Position numbers and translations under genes: made by a program. A stretch of DNA of 64,000 nt from Takakia lepidozioides (taxonomy: Eukaryota; Plantae; Bryophyta). The notes below the pieces were generated by a model that saw only the letters and a program-made list of their open reading frames with translations, had not been told where the DNA came from and ran no database searches. Below, piece after piece: positions 63,701-64,000 of the stretch (within the stretch, counting starts at the first letter, position 1; every line of letters starts with the position of its first letter). The DNA lies in assembly GCA_030704615.1 (NCBI GenBank), contig CM060731.1, forward strand, positions 55,428,001 through 55,492,000, in the 5' to 3' direction.

Positions 63701-64000
63701 TTGCCGTCCTTGCATCCACTTCTATTGTTATTCTGAGTCATTTTGTTGCTGTTGTTTGTGATACATCTCAAGCAGGTTATCGCAAAGATCGTTCCGAAGC
63801 TTGGATCAGGTACATGCTGCTCCCACAGCTACCTGAGCTCCCCAAAATAAGGCCGGTCTTGAAAAGGTATTGTTCCCTGAGCAGCATCGGAAGCTTCCTG
63901 TAACGCCGCAGACCTATGAGTCTGTATCAGCAACAATGCCCGAGTTGGCGGCGAATGTTTTAATCGAGACAGATGGTTTCAAGACTTCCTTGTTTAGTGG
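57913..64000 (+). repeat. Segmental duplication, copy 3 (direct copy of 26203-32300), running off the window
   Basis: Colinear with copy 1. Includes the start of kinase exon K1 at 63776. Small indels increase toward the end. Confidence 0.92.

Overview
Eukaryotic, plant-type DNA: TTTAGGG telomeric tracts and GT-AG introns are present. A non-seed land plant is my inference; the species cannot be determined. There is no ordinary housekeeping gene; the window is a rearranged mosaic of mobile elements. (1) An endonuclease-less Penelope-like retroelement (ORF1 plus RT at 21.0-23.9 kb; 5'-truncated second copy at 41.4-42.6 kb). (2) At least three related non-coding units (A1, A2, B), each with a TATA box, a minimal type I hammerhead ribozyme, a shared GGG..TAACYGGCCCCCC-TAAAA hairpin and a 3' telomere-complementary end. 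They occur as 5'-truncated chains separated by telomeric repeats (15.0-17.4 kb, 36.0-43.0 kb). (3) GCM-domain/SWIM Mutator-like transposase copies and a 53-bp-period array of palindromes resembling GCM binding sites. (4) A truncated Ty3/gypsy gag-pol. (5) Three copies of a 6-8 kb segment (two inverted) that pair different Crinkler-type header exons with different PD-(D/E)xK-kinase exons. (6) LINE fragments. The most promising candidate for an undescribed system is the telomere-primed retroelement with its hammerhead-bearing RNA partners, plus the neighbouring modular effector cassette. Many frameshifts are 1-nt homopolymer deletions and may be long-read consensus errors. All calls come from reading motifs by eye; no searches were run.
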